A DNA stretch of 64,000 nt from Haliotis cracherodii (lineage: Eukaryota): assembly GCF_022045235.1 (NCBI RefSeq), contig NW_027266308.1:61132001-61196000 (forward strand). The letters run 5' to 3'. Made by a program: the position numbers and the translations under genes. The stretch's first letter is position 1; each line of letters starts with the position of its first letter. Under the pieces are notes generated by a model, which was not told the DNA's origin, did no database searches, and was given only the letters and a program-made list of their open reading frames with translations. This document shows, one piece after another, positions 50,101-63,355 of the stretch.

Positions 50101-53100
50101 TGTATTGGACATTGGCATATGTTTTAGCTTGGCCCATTACATAACATCCTACAAACGAAGCAGTAACGGTTTTCAGCATTATTATTCATTGTACTATTCT
50201 TCTTGCCAGGTACCCTGATGCAACTCCAGAGGAACTAGAAGCAGGTGACAATGTGTGCATTATTTGTCGAGAAGAGATGGTAACATCCTCCAAGAAACTG
50301 CCTTGTAATCACATCTTCCACACCAACTGTCTAAGATCCTGGTTCCAACGACAACAGACCTGCCCAACCTGTAGGATGGACGTCCTCCGCATGCCCCGTG
50401 CACAGACAACACCAGCAGCCAGGCCAGCTCAACCACAGCAGGATGTCCAGATGCAGAATTGTAAATATATCAGGGACAGAATTATCCCACTGGCTCGAGT
50501 CAGTTCGCCAAACTTTAAAGGTATCATGAGGGCAAGTAGAAGCTCATATGTTTAGATTTGACCATTCCTAGAGAATCTGTTTTGATATTAACTTTAGTCT
50601 TTTTAAGATCATATCTGCTGCATGTGAATATGTATTATTTTTGTTATGTGTTTCTTTTGCAGTTCAGGCGATGTTTCAAGGGATGCCCTTTTGGCCCCCT
50701 CCACAACCCCCACCCCAACAGCCACAAGGTATGCAATTCAAGTAACCTTCAGTTTTTTTCACCTTTCAGATTGATTATCAAATTGATTTGCTTGTTGAAA
50801 AAAATGAAAATTTCAAAAGTGGCATTCTGTAAAATTGACATACGTCATTCAAAAGACTAAAAAGACATTGATTATTAAATGCATTGGTGATTGACTTCAT
50901 GATATCAATTGTTGTTTGATGTAAAGATATTGTGTGTCATGAATGGAAACCGAACTTCAGGAAGTTAGGTTTAGTTTCCATGTATTTCCATTGCTAATGA
51001 TTTTCATTTCAGCTGCAGGAGGGGCCCCACACACTACAGGTACAACTCCTTCGACACCTACTATACCAACAACACCTACAGCTGCTACAGCTACAAGTAC
51101 AACCCCAGGAACACCGCCAATGGCATCACCATTCCCTGGTGCCATGCCACCATATGGTTCCTTCTTTCCAATGATGCCATACTACCCACCATTTGGTAGG
51201 ACTGAATTTTTATTATCTATTCTTTTTTATCACAGTTAACTCAAATATGTCTTTAAGCAGTATGACTGTATTTTTCATGGTATTAAAACTTTATGGTAAT
51301 AGTTTCATGTTATGACAAGTTCATGGTATTCAGTATGTTTTACAATATCTTTGGACCCATGAAGACCAGTATTCAGCAACCCATGCTTGCCAACTATGCT
51401 TGTCGCAAGAGGCGACTAACGGGATCGGCTGACTTGGTTGATGCATGTCATCGTATCCCAATTGCGTGGTAGATGCTCATGATGTCAATCACTGGATTGT
51501 CTAGTCCAGACTCGATTATTTACAGACCGCCGTCATATAGCTGGAATATTGCTGATTGCATCATTGAATGACAAAGAAACAAATACAATATCTGTGACAG
51601 TACTAAATAATCTTACCTTATTTGTTGTAATCAGGTACTATGCCCCCTGGTGTTTAGAAAATTGAAAAAGAGGGCTTGCTTATTAAGACCATGCAAAAGT
51701 TACAATTGTTGTTGGAGATCCAGCGGTAGAAAACAAAACAAAAAAGGTCCAAACGTTGATGAGACTCAAACAATTTTTTTTATGATAGGTACAAAGCAAT
51801 TATATACCCCTTTGAAGCTGGGTGTGTTTTCTGTGAAAAGTCTGTAATCATGGTAATAAATACAGGAAGATATGGACTGTAATGTAAATGTTTAAGCTTA
51901 GAATGGGGTGCTTAAAAAAATTACTTCTAGATTAGTGTAGAAGTTGGTCAAGGGTCCCTTATTAGAATGGGGTGCTTAATATGGCGAATATGGTACATAA
52001 AATGTTTTCTGTTTTAAACTGCTAATCACTCCGTAACCCTTGACATATTCTTATTCTTTATGAAATTCGATCCACAGTATGTTGTTTCACAATACCTATG
52101 ACAGTACAATACAATGATCTGTTTAAAACTGTGAAACACTGAGTAACTCTTGACATATGTGTTCCTTTCTTTGAAGATGTTAAAAGTGTGAGGTACTAAA
52201 CCCAAGTGGCTGTTTTATGTTTGAAGGTTTACCGCAGGCTCCGTCTAACATGGCAGGGTTGACTGCAGAGGAGCTGAAAACGATGGAGGGACAGGAGCGA
52301 GAGAATGTGGAAGCACGAATCCAGTGGCTGCGTGATATTCAGGCTCTACTGGATGGTGCTATGGTTCTTATAAACCAGTATAATCAGGTGGCTTCACAAA
52401 TGAGGTAAGCTGAGTTGGAGTGGAATATTCTTTTTATTGTTTTGATATGAGTAAAATATAGTGATTTATCATCCAAAACTGGCTCCCACAGGAGATATCG
52501 CTTCGGTGAGATCATGTGATATCTACATTGTAGATATTGCTGCAATGAAATTGCATCACAATGCTTTGCAGACCATTGTGACATCATTGGTTTCCATGAC
52601 CTCACAATCAAATGACATTACTAATGGCTCTACTACTGAAGCTGTTAGCTGTACTTTTTACACTTAAGACACTGCTTATTACTGTCTATAAACTGAAAAA
52701 GTTGGAAGAATGATGTTGTATGATGATTAAAATCACCCTTGTGTCTTTTGATATCAAATATATCAACACTCGTTGATATATTTGATATCAAAAGACACAA
52801 GGGTGAGATTCTCTATATACAGTGAAATATCATGAACTTGGGCATGTTGAGTTGTCATTTGTTCAAGAGAAACAGTGTTGATCTTAGCCCATAGTACCTA
52901 TTGGGATTCTACTGGTACAATTATGTTACGATGTTTTGAATGTTACTTTGAGTAAACAGATTTTGCTGTACGGATGTAATACCTGTTATTTTCATTTGGG
53001 TTGCATAAGACTTTAATGTCACTGTACTGAATAAATGACAGTTTTCTTCAACTTCATCCTGATAGAACATTTTCAGTGTCTTGTTGTTAGTATGTAATTG

Positions 53101-56100
53101 TTAACTAGTTTTAACCAATTCTTTCTTTGTACTAGTATGCCCGGTATATCCTCTACAAGAGTGAGCTCCACTGCTGCAACCACTCCATCTTCTTCATCAA
53201 ACACATCGGCACCATCAATGGGAGCGAGGCCCAAAACTACAGTCAAGTCCGAGAGCAATATTTCAAAATCACAAAATAATTTTGCACAAGTTAAGAAAGA
53301 AGATAAAACAGGTGTGTATTTATGTGCAGGTGGAAGAGAAATAACATGTATTTTACCTTATCCAGACTGATACTAATTTACTTATCGCATTCTTCTTCCT
53401 GAAACATAGTGGAAACTTTTGTGCTGTGAACAGAAACAGAAAACATTTCACCCAAACGCACCCCTCTCACACGCAAGTGCACAGGAAACATGTGACCAAC
53501 CTGTCTGACTCATCACTGTCATATTCGCCCCAGCTAGACCTACACAATGTCAAAGTTAATATGCTCCACAAAGGGGTTCACGGAGCCTTCCTCAATGAAA
53601 GAAGACATCTGCGTGCAGCCTGACAATTATGACTCAGCCCAGTCAGAAAACTTTCCATCCATCTGTGAGGATCACAAGATGTTGGCGTGGGTCGCAGATG
53701 GCCTACCCATTTCATAACTCTCCAGGGATAATCCTACCAGTGAGTCCTACTTCATCAAGGGAGATGATATTGACACCTTGATCAATCCATCGATGAAGCT
53801 GATTTCACAGATGGCCAGAAACCTTGATGCCTCTTTTCCCAAGGCTACTCGTACCCACGGTTTGCCAACGCCAAGAAGTTTCCTTTACACGGGATGTCTG
53901 CCTTCCCATGGAGTTTGATGAGGACTGTACATTGATGTCTGATGTGAAGAGCCAAGCATAGCGCGTCAACCATAAAAATTAGCATAGCCCAATATGACGA
54001 CAAGACATTCTTTCTTTGGACTTTCAGTGTCCCGCTCCATTAATAAGGCAATGCTGAATACTTTAAAGAACCCTCAGACCGACTGGGAGAGGATGTTCCT
54101 GTCTGCAATGATCTTGAAGAAGAAACGAATCAAGTCAGTTCAGTATTAGCCGGTCTTACTCTTCTCTGATGCCAGGGCTTGATAGCCAACTCCCATTGGC
54201 CTGACCTCTATACCAAGCCTCTGTTACATCACATTTGGAATTGTTCTTTTGTTTTCGATGGCTTCATCTGCAGCATCAACAAGGAGGTGGCCCAAGATTC
54301 TAAGGACCAGATGTTAATTAAGTCAGTCCCGACTATGAACTTGATTTATTAACAATCAACACTTTGTTGGTTTTCAGGCATCAAAAAGGCTAAGGGCAAA
54401 CGCTTCAGTGGATATAGACAACGCAAGAGTGGATCCTTGCGGAGACCATAGGACAGACGTGATCAGTCCAACTGGAGAAGGGGATCAAGGGGATACCGCG
54501 CCTACCATTGAAGGGGAGCTGTTGACTGATTGGGAACTTCCACCCCCAGCCGTTCAAGCACCGCTATCTGCCATAAGTGGAAGACTGGCAAGATATTGGG
54601 ACATTCTGGACAACTCATTTGTATTTTAGTGACCATAGTACAATGTGTGAAGCCCATTTCTTGTGTCCCCCGCTGTGATATCGCAGAAATATTGCTAAAA
54701 GCAGGGTAAAACCATACTCACTCATTCACTCAGTGACCACAAGTTTGTTAAAATCTCATAGCTTCCCCCTAAACAACCCCAAATTTTGTACCACGCTCCA
54801 TTGCAAAGATGTTTCCTCTGAAATGGAAAATATCCATTCTCATCCCTGTGTATGAGAGGAGCGTCACCATCTCTCAACCGCCAATACAATGTACTTCAAT
54901 ATCCAGAAGAACTGCAGTCCATGCTAACAGAGGTGATTGGCACCCTTTATGAAAGAAGTCAACAAAAAGTATCTCCAAAGTCCTGACAAATTCAGGATGA
55001 TCCACCTACCACAACTAAAATAAATGATAAAGAAGGACGACTACCTGGCAAGCATCGATGCCTACCTTAACATCCCAATCGATACAGACTTCAGGAAATA
55101 TCTGCATCTTCTGTACAGGGTCAACATTACCAATGGACAGTCTTGCTTTTGGAATTTCAACTGCCCTGTGGTTATTTAATCAGGTGACCAAACCAGTTGT
55201 GGCCTTCTGCACAAGAAGAAGATCCGTTGCGCTTTTTAATTGGACAACAGGATTCAAGCTCATCAACAAGCAGAGCCAATCAGACTTCAGCTGAATTTCA
55301 CTCTGAAACTACTAACACAACTAGGATGGTTAGCCAATTTCCAGAAGTCTGATCTCAACCTGTCCCAAGATCTCAGGTTTTTGGGCATCAGGTTCCTGAC
55401 GGGGCAGAACCTTATTCAAGTTCCAGAAGATCGTTGGATGAACATCCAGTCATATTCTAGCATTAATTCACATACAACCAGTTGCAACTTCAGCCCAAAC
55501 CTTGATAGTACGGGGAGGCTTCGCCTGCACCCATTACAGAGATTCCTCAAACCATTCCTCGATCAACAAGAACTACAACTTCCACAACATCTGAAGAAAC
55601 ATATCAAATGGTGGACAATAAGGTTGAATGTTTGTGGAGGAACCTTCTTGAATGAGCTGGAATTACAATCAATATCTATTTGTAGACGCCTTACTCCAAG
55701 GATGGGGTGTCCATCTGGGCTCGGAAGTAACGTTGAGGCTGTGGTCTGCAGATGAAAAGCTCTTCCACTTCAACCATCTCGGGTTCGGGACAGTATCTCA
55801 TCGGGCGCCACATTTCAGAGACAAGAACTTAATGTTAAGAACAGACAAATCAACTGTGCCATCGACATAAACCATCAAGGCACAACAAGGTTGGCAACTC
55901 TTCTGATGTTAACATTCCAGCTGTACGAGTTAATGGACATCCTGAATCTAAAATTCAAAGCAAGTCACATCCCAGGAGCATCCACTCTCCTAACAGACGC
56001 CCTGTCCAGACTATCAGTACCGTCACCCAACAGAGTGGATGCTCCATCCAGAAGCATTTCAACTGGCGACAGGCTTGGTCAAACGACGCACTGGCAATAT

Positions 56101-58006
56101 CTTGGGAAGGTCTCCGTGCATACGCGTTCCCACCACCAGCTCTGATACCAATTGTGTTGCAGATATCAAACAAAGAACTTTCAACTGCTTTTGGTTGCAA
56201 CTTATTGTCCAAAGAGAACATGGTTCCCATCCCTCGTCGCAACAGCAGGAGAACCCAACTGTAAAGCTCCTGGACTTGCCAAATATGCTTCTTCATCCAC
56301 ACTCTAAACAAGTTCATCCACAACTGGATCTCTACCCACTTCACGTATGGAGCATATCACGAACAACCTCACAAGACGAGGCCACTCCATCAGGACAGTC
56401 TCCTGAACCCTTTGCACATCCACAAAAAACTTGTATGACAACAATTTGACCAGTAGAGAAAAAGCGTTCTCAGCAGCAAAAGCTACATCACCACAAGCGG
56501 AATTTTTGTGTCATCTTTGGAGCAAAAGGCTTCTGAAGGGTTGAACCTCAGAAACTTATTTGGCCAATGGAGAAAACCTCACTAAGGTTCCTAAACTGAT
56601 AGCCTTACTGACATCCTATGAAGTTGAGGATCAACAGAAAAAGTGTACAACTCCAGCTTGGGATTTAAACATAGTACTGCAACATCTTACATGTAATGTT
56701 GACGAACCGCTGGAAGAAGCTGACTTTGAACATCTGACACAAAAGACTTTGTTCCTGGCATTAGCCAAAGCAGCCAGAGTGACAAGAAATGAATGAGTCA
56801 GACAGGTTGGTCATGTGTTGCAGGTGCACTTGCGTGTGAGAGGGGTGCGTTTGGGTGAGATTTTTTACGAAAAGCAAACAAACATAAATGAGGATTTGAT
56901 ATCATGTGTTGATGTGACATCATTCACTTGTCATCTCACAATTGACTATGTCATCTGTTTCAACCACTTTCGTGTCTACTGGCCTAAACTTAGCTCTTTG
57001 CATCATTTTAGGTAGATTTTAGTGTCTTTACACAGACCATTATGAGCTGAGATTACTAGACCGAACACAATTTTGAAATGCTCAGGCTTTGGTCTTGTTT
57101 CACATGACATTGATTTACCATGCCTTACATTGTATTGTTGGTGGGAACAAGGTAGATGCAATTTACAATCCAAAAGTTTTCACACAAAAGTCTTTCTTAC
57201 ATTTGTCAAAAGTGTTGATGTTACAATTTGAACATTTGTGTATATCCCTTGACCATCAGTGTCTGGGTGTTCAACCTGTATTATTCTGTGTGGTCCTCTG
57301 ATGACACATGTAACTCATTATGCTGAAAAATGTATTTCTTTGCCACATTAAGTTATGTTTTTTTTCATGGTTTGTGAAACAATAAGGTATAATAGTAAGT
57401 TCTATTACTCTTATAGTTTCACAAACCATGAAACAATACAAAACCTAATGTGGCAAAGAAATACATTTTTTTTCATAATGAGTTACATGTGAAACTATAA
57501 GCGTAATAATAGGCGACTAACAGTATCGGGTGTATTTGTTTGTTTGTTGTTTAATGCCGCACTCGGCAATATTCCAGCTATATGAGGAAGTCTGTAAATA
57601 ATTGAGTCTGGACCAGATAATCCAGTGATTAATATCATGAGCAATTGGGATTGATGAATTGTATCAACCAAGTCAGCGGGTCTGACCACCTGATCCCGTT
57701 AGTCGCCTCTTTCGTCTGGTATATGAAACTGATCTCATATATGAATTGTATTCAGTGCAATTTTCAAACCTATTATTATTTTTTTTTATTGTTACTTGAT
57801 CCATTCTCATTCCTGCTATGGTTGTTTCAGATTATTCCGATTTAGAAGGTGCAATTGGTTATACGCCTCCGACAGAGGAAGACATTCCCCAGTGGGTGGA
57901 TCCTGCGCAAGAAGAGCATGGTGATGAGTTACACGAGGTCAGGAAGAGGAGATTAAAAAAGTTTTCACAGAATGATGATGTGAACGATAACCTAGATCTG
58001 GACTGA
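41164..58006 (+). CDS. SYVN1: E3 ubiquitin-protein ligase synoviolin / HRD1 (ERAD), 14 coding exons, 616 aa
   Basis: Exons: 41164-41292, 43534-43626, 44151-44303, 44537-44585, 45420-45523, 47816-47942, 48522-48621, 48768-48833, 50210-50460, 50663-50728, 51013-51195, 52227-52404, 53136-53311, 57831-58006. All GT-AG, total 1851 nt. Motifs: AYYQKKQFYPSVVYITKSNPSMAVLYIQ, FFGQLRAAEMEHLIERSWYAVTETCLAFTVFRDDF, RING-H2 CIICREEM...LPCNHIFHTNCLRSWFQRQQTCPTC, Pro-rich region, EELKTMEGQERENVEARI, C-terminal EVRKRRLKKF (p97-binding-like). Confidence 0.97.
41905..42222 (+). mobile_element. SINE family D in SYVN1 intron 1
   Basis: Match to 24106-24446 along its whole length. Confidence 0.75.
42432..42537. 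mobile_element. Small MITE (Harbinger-like)
   Basis: GGGTGCCGTTGTACAAAGCGATCTTAGCGCTA is inverted relative to TAGTGCTAAAGTTGTTTTGTACGACACCC, with CAG at the flanks. Confidence 0.55.
46110..47566 (+). mobile_element. Family B copy split by a ~1.2-kb TIR DNA element (46304-47526)
   Basis: Family B head and body at 46110-46297; its tail resumes at 47527 (TAATATTGCTGAGTGCAGC...AAACAAAC). The insert has long imperfect TIRs GGG(G)C.G.CATT...CATCAGTTGAAATAAAGGACAAAAGTA with TA at both flanks. Confidence 0.75.
48246..48488 (+). mobile_element. Short retroposon family B in a SYVN1 intron
   Basis: Full-length copy ending GTGGCGTTAAACAACAACAAACAAAC, about 30 bp before the exon 7 acceptor. Confidence 0.9.
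51354..51583 (+). mobile_element. Short retroposon family B
   Basis: Head partly deleted; GTCGCAAGAGGCGACTAACGGGATCGG, body and tail match. Confidence 0.85.
52463..52816 (+). mobile_element. Same element, copy 2, in a SYVN1 intron
   Basis: Colinear with 38726-39036; terminal perfect 35-bp stem at 52733-52806. Confidence 0.7.
53370..56790 (+). mobile_element. Decayed DIRS1-type tyrosine-recombinase retrotransposon in the last SYVN1 intron
   Basis: Frameshifted remnants in DIRS order: RT (DYLASID-AYLNIPIDTDFRKYL...FGISTALWLFNQVTKPVVAF, ~55020-55450), RNase H (LFVDALLQGWGVHL...LRTDKSTV...ASHIPGASTLLTDALSR, ~55650-56020), methyltransferase-like (DALAISWEGLRAYAFPPPALIPIVL, ~56085-56160), recombinase N-part (PAWDLNIVLQHL...LTQKTLFLALAKAARV, 56560-56790). 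Boundaries approximate. Confidence 0.85.
54636..54731 (+). mobile_element. 5'-truncated SINE family C inserted in the DIRS element
   Basis: 3' half of family C with 8-bp TSD AGTGACCA (54628-54635, 54732-54739). Confidence 0.8.
57306..57510. repeat. ~85-bp-arm hairpin repeat; right arm also present at 2035-2160
   Basis: ACATGTAACTCATTATG...GTTTGTGAAAAC-type left arm inverted against GTTTCACAAACCATG...CATAATGAGTTACATGT. Confidence 0.75.
57511..57715 (-). mobile_element. Family B copy (minus) joined to a short plus-strand head fragment
   Basis: GGCGACTAACAGTATCGGGTG followed by the inverted tail, body and head; the same junction occurs at 2165-2615. Confidence 0.75.
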
Positions 58007-59721
58007 GATCCCTGCTAACGTGAATGTGTGTGACTTATAACTCGTACAGTAGCTGCAGTGTGGTCTCAAGAAGATACAGTTATGCCAATGATATCTTGTT
58101 GGTGATATCATCAAGAATGAACTCAGTGAAAAAGTGTCCTTTCTCCAGTATTCCTTACATAGTAGCAAGTACATTGTACTTGATAGATATTGAAGCAGAT
58201 ATTGTCCAATCTCGAACTTTTTAAAGGGGAGTAAGATTTAGGTTATTTGGCAGTCCTGGCAAATTTGATTGAAGTCCCTCAAATCCCACTTTTTCTGCTG
58301 GTTGATATTTAATGACATATCAATTTCACAGTTAATGATTTCCCTTTCACACACATGAAGTACAGTGCGGACATGAGATTTTTAATGACAACTTCTTTGT
58401 TTGTAACACTGTATCAAGGGTATTTCTTGCCCCTTTCAGCGGATGAATGAAGTATGAATGAAGACGATCAACATGTAGACCTGAATATTGTTGCAAACAA
58501 TAAAGATGAGGTTTTCATAAATGCTCATTTGTCTTCATCTTCTTCCGACTTCTAAATGCCTATCACAGGCTTATTAATTACGGTGTCTAGAACAAAGCAG
58601 AACATGGGCACCAGGTCGTTACATGCAGTCCCCTTTTAAGGAATCATGACAGATTTGCTGAAATTTAGTTTTAAGTGTTTCTATATCCTCGTGCTCCTTA
58701 CCATGATCTGGTGAGGAAACATCCCATTCTTGCTTCAAATGGCTGAAAACTAACTGATATGGCATCAAACAATATTCACTTACTTTTTAATAGTTGATTG
58801 TGTATACTTGATATTACACTGTAGTTATTTTGTTACTGGCATGAAATGTCTGTTCATCATGATTCATATGTGATAAGGAAGAGTATTGGGTCATGTATAG
58901 TTTTTGATTGGAACTCCCTGTGTCTCTGCTGTACATATGTGTACAACATCAACTTCGGAGAGGCAATTATTGTGTCCTCTATGATGTCCAATCATGGACT
59001 GTCTGTACCCATGTTCATTACTAAGTTTTGTTCCCTTGCAAGTTGCTTTGTTTATTGACATGTTAGGGGTCTTTATTGAAACTGGTATCTTTGTACGGTA
59101 ATGGTAAGATGTCTAGATACATGCTTCTTGTCTTGTTGAATAATGGAATGTTTCATCAGAGTTGTATATTGTTTGGATGAATGGAATATGTCTTGTATAG
59201 ACAGCTGACTCAATCACAACAGATGATCTATGCAGATTAATGTATCCAAGTCTTGCCAAAATTGCCGTACATATTTTGTTGCAATTATGTTGCTTGGTTA
59301 TTATGGTTCCATTTTAATTGAAGAAATACCAAGACAGGTTCAGGTGCATTTTAGATATAGTGATTTATGTTTTGATGAAATTCATGCTTCATAGATACTT
59401 TTGTAATTATGATTGAAACAAAGGATTGTCAGCTGCATTTTGTAGTTAAATAGCCAGTGTTGTACCTGGCATCATGGCAATATATTCAGAAACCTGAGTT
59501 AATATTCTGTATTTGACTTGTCACTAATCAGACATATAGCAAGCACATTAAATAGTTCACAATTTGTGTAAAATTTACTCCAGCCAGTAGTGTGTGTATA
59601 ATGTAATTTCTGTATATGTTCTATACACCAGCTGATGACATTTTGATAAGATAAGATAAAAAATTATGGACATCAGATATGACATCTGTTTGTGTTGATG
59701 TTTCTATGATAATCTGATATA

Positions 59722-60062
59722 CTCACCGCCAAAAGAAAATGAACCATAGAAACATACAGAGAAGTATGTTCGTTAAGAAGAGATGTTTCCAATGTGTACC
59801 AATTAATGACAAAACAATCAGTCAGATGTTACCACAGGGTGTCTTTATACTTTGCATGATATGTTGCGTGTGATTTTCAAACTTTACACACTAATCCTGC
59901 ACGAGACAAATGGTGCATCTCGAGTCATGGATCTATGATGTCACATGTGATGCGTTCATGAGCTTCGTTTGTGCATCGAATCAATCTAATATCTCTTGCT
60001 TATGAGTAAGTCTGCATCTCTTAACCAACATGTATGGTATTCGCATAGCTTTTGGCAGTGAG
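59722..60062. mobile_element. Tc1-like non-autonomous element
   Basis: TA|CTCACCGCCAAAAG...CTTTTGGCAGTGAG|TA termini and inner inverted ATGTT.GTTAAGA motifs. Confidence 0.7.
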
Positions 60063-62504
60063 TATATATTAGTACTTGAAAAAATGCTTCACAAAGGCAA
60101 TAAATTTCTCATTGACCGCAATGTATGATAAATGTGTGTTGATCATTGATTCAACCTTACTTGTTAAAAAATTACTCAACCCATTTATCTAATGCACATG
60201 CATTCCATTTCATAGAAATCTAGTCAAGTATTTCATGTTACTGTAATTGTTAATATTGCAAGATAACTCATATTACTGAAAATAAAGTAAATTTAAAAAA
60301 AATATAAACAAGATGTTAACAGTCATTCCTGAACATTCACTGTGGATCTGACACAGTAGTTCACTTATGCATTATACAGCTTATTGCTTGTGACCTGACA
60401 TCCCATCAAGAACGATTATTCAATTGTCTCCAGAGATAGAAATCATTCGTTCACTTCTATTAAACTTTAGATTGTGATATATATATTTATCTTATAAAAA
60501 CAAATGCAATACAAAATAAATGTTTGCCCTGTCATAGTATTCACATCTAAATTATGTCTATATTTTCTTTCTTTCTCATTATTTGCAAGCTTTTCTTCTG
60601 CACTGATATAGGGCCCTTGAATAGTGTAGGACTTCCATTTACAGTTAAGAAGATTTTATGACCACCATTTCATAGCTATGATCTTTTATACTGAATTCCT
60701 TCCACTCTTCAGTTCAGTGTCAAATATTTTGTTGATGTCATGTTCTTTTCTTCTCTTCCATTCTTATTTGTTTCTTCATGAAGAAACTTGTGTGTATCCA
60801 ATGGTAGGACATTGGACGACAAGGACTTCAAGTACCAGTACTAAGCTTCACCCATCAAATAGCATTGTGTTTAATGTTCAGAATGTAAGAGTGAAAGTGT
60901 ATTTTGTCTTGCTATCTGAGGTCAGATGTGACAAGTATTCTGTACTGATTGAAGTCGCCAGTGATAGAAGTAGACACGTCCTCCATCATAGATTTATAAT
61001 ATTTATCTTTCATTATGGTTACAAACCATGTACCATTTCCGGGAAACCTCAGAAGCTTTGTGTCTCTATCCATGTAATACTTTTAGAAGTACCATACTGC
61101 TCCTAACAGAATGTGAAATTATCAGGAACTTAAGAATATGACTGTGAATTACTAATTTCATTTTCAATATGACTCTGGGCTGAACAAGATTAAACTAACT
61201 AAATAAGATTTTAGAACTAGTCAGAGATCACAGGTGAGGGGACTGTTTTGGGGTATGTTTCAAATTCTAATCTTTTCGTTTAAAACCTCAAATCAACTTT
61301 GCAGTAAGTGCAGTCCTTTTCCTCCTTATCACGTGCTTGTGACACCAAAGTTGCCTTGCGAATATGTTAAGTAATAATGGATGGCTTCTTTGTGGTGCTA
61401 TTTGATGTGTAGGGAATTCAGTCAGATTTTTCAGATTGTGTGCTCTTTTTACAATTTGTTCAGGGTTTGTTCAAATGTGTGGATAATGGATTTGATATGA
61501 TCGTGGTTGAAATATTTTTAACTATTCTCAAGATTCAAATGATTATTTAACCACGCTCCATGCTGTATCTTCTGAATTAAACATCCAGGAAACCTGAGTA
61601 CCAGTCAATATGAGTTTGTTTCCTCTCATATGACACTTACATATTCCCTAGTTTATTGATCATGCTGACTGTTTCAAAATACTTGCTATTTCATGATGAG
61701 GTTGGTACTGTGGTTTGTATTTTCCGACACAGTCAAATTATGGGATTTGTGTCAATGCCAATATTTATTGTGTAAATAACTGTTTCAGCACGTCATCTGT
61801 GTGTAAATTCATTTATCAAGCATGTGCCCTGTCTTGTTCTTGTAACTGTACATATGAATATTTTTGTGAATAAATAATCTTTAATCAGAGTTAATGACAA
61901 TGTAGTTCTTATATTCGTATGACATTGGCAATATGTTTGTCCTTAACATTCAAGGGAAAGAGGGGTAGCCTGCTGGTTTTAGTGTTTGCTTATTGAACTG
62001 AAGGACTGGGGTCAATTACCCATATGGGTACAATGTGTGAAGCCCTTTCTTGATGTTCCCTGTTGTGATATGGCTTGAATAATGTTAAATGCAATCTGGG
62101 TGTATGAATATGAGATTCTATTTTATCTATATTTTTACAACTTCTGTCTTGTTTCACTCATTTTAAAGGCCAAGGCTAAATCCATCCCATTCATAATAAC
62201 TTCAGAGGCTTCTCTTAGAAAATACAATCATGTAGTTTATATTGTCTGTTTCAATATTGAAATTCTTTTAGACCTTTTATTGTCATGGCATTGTTTGCAA
62301 GTTGGCTGAAGAGAGAAATTTGTTCGTGACATTTTAATTCACGCCTTACCTTCACGACTGGGTATGTGGACAATATTTTCAAGATGGGGTATGGGGTATG
62401 TTTCTATTTCACACTTTCACATGACATGCACAACAAGGATGTGCATATAATATTGGTTTCGTACATTTGTCGGTGTCACATTGTGCTACATGGTTAAAGG
62501 CCTG

Positions 62505-63355
62505 AAAAGCCTGTCATCCAGGACTAAACAAAAGCCTGTCCATCCAGGACTAAACAAAAGCCTGTCCTTCCAGGACTTAACAAAAGCCTGTCATCCAGGA
62601 CTAAACAAAGGCTTCTCCATCAAGACAAATTTAAAGCCTGTCATCAAGGACTAAACACAATCCTGTCATCCAGGACTAAACAAAAGCCTCTCCGTCCAGG
62701 ACTTCACAAAAGCCTGTCATCCAGGACTAAACAAAGCCTGTCATCCAGGACTAAACAAAAGCCTGTCCATCCGGACTAAGCAAAAGCCTGTCATCCAGGG
62801 CTAAACAAAAGCCTGTCCGTCCAGGACTTAACAAAAGCCTGTCATCCAGGACTAAACAAAGCCTGTCATCCAGGACTAAACAAAAGCCTGTCATCCAGGG
62901 CTAAGCAAAAGAATGTCATCCAGGGCTAAACAAAAGCCTGTCCGTCCAGGACTTAACAAAAGCCTGTCATCAAGGACTAAACAAAGCCTGTCATCCAGCA
63001 CGAAACAAAAGCCTGTCATCCAGGGCTAAACAAAAGCCTGTCCGTCCAGGACTTAACAAAAGCCTGTCATCCGGGACCAAACAAAAGCCTGTCATCCAGG
63101 GCTAAACAAAGCCTGTCATCCAGGGCTAAACAAAAGCCTGTCATCCAGGGCTAAACAAAAGCCTGTCCGTCCAGGACTAAACAAAGCCTGCCATCCAGGA
63201 TTTAACAAAAGCCTGTCCGTCCAGAACTAAACAAAAGCCTGTCATCCAGGACTAAACAAAGCCTGTCATCCAGGACTAAACAAAAGCCTGTCATCCAGGA
63301 CTAAACACGGGCCTGTCATCCTGGATTAAACAAAAGCCTGTCATCCAGGACTAAT
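62505..63355 (+). repeat. Minisatellite, 24-26-bp unit AAAAGCCTGTCATCCAGGACTAAAC, about 34 copies
   Basis: Contiguous tandem units with point and indel variants and no unique spacers. Confidence 0.95.

Noticed and set aside
60678-61106. 142-aa ORF downstream of SYVN1
   Set aside because: No recognisable domain or splice context; AT-rich sequence, probably the 3' UTR of SYVN1.
62505-63355. CRISPR array
   Set aside because: Units are contiguous with no unique spacers, there are no cas genes, and the context is eukaryotic; it is a minisatellite.
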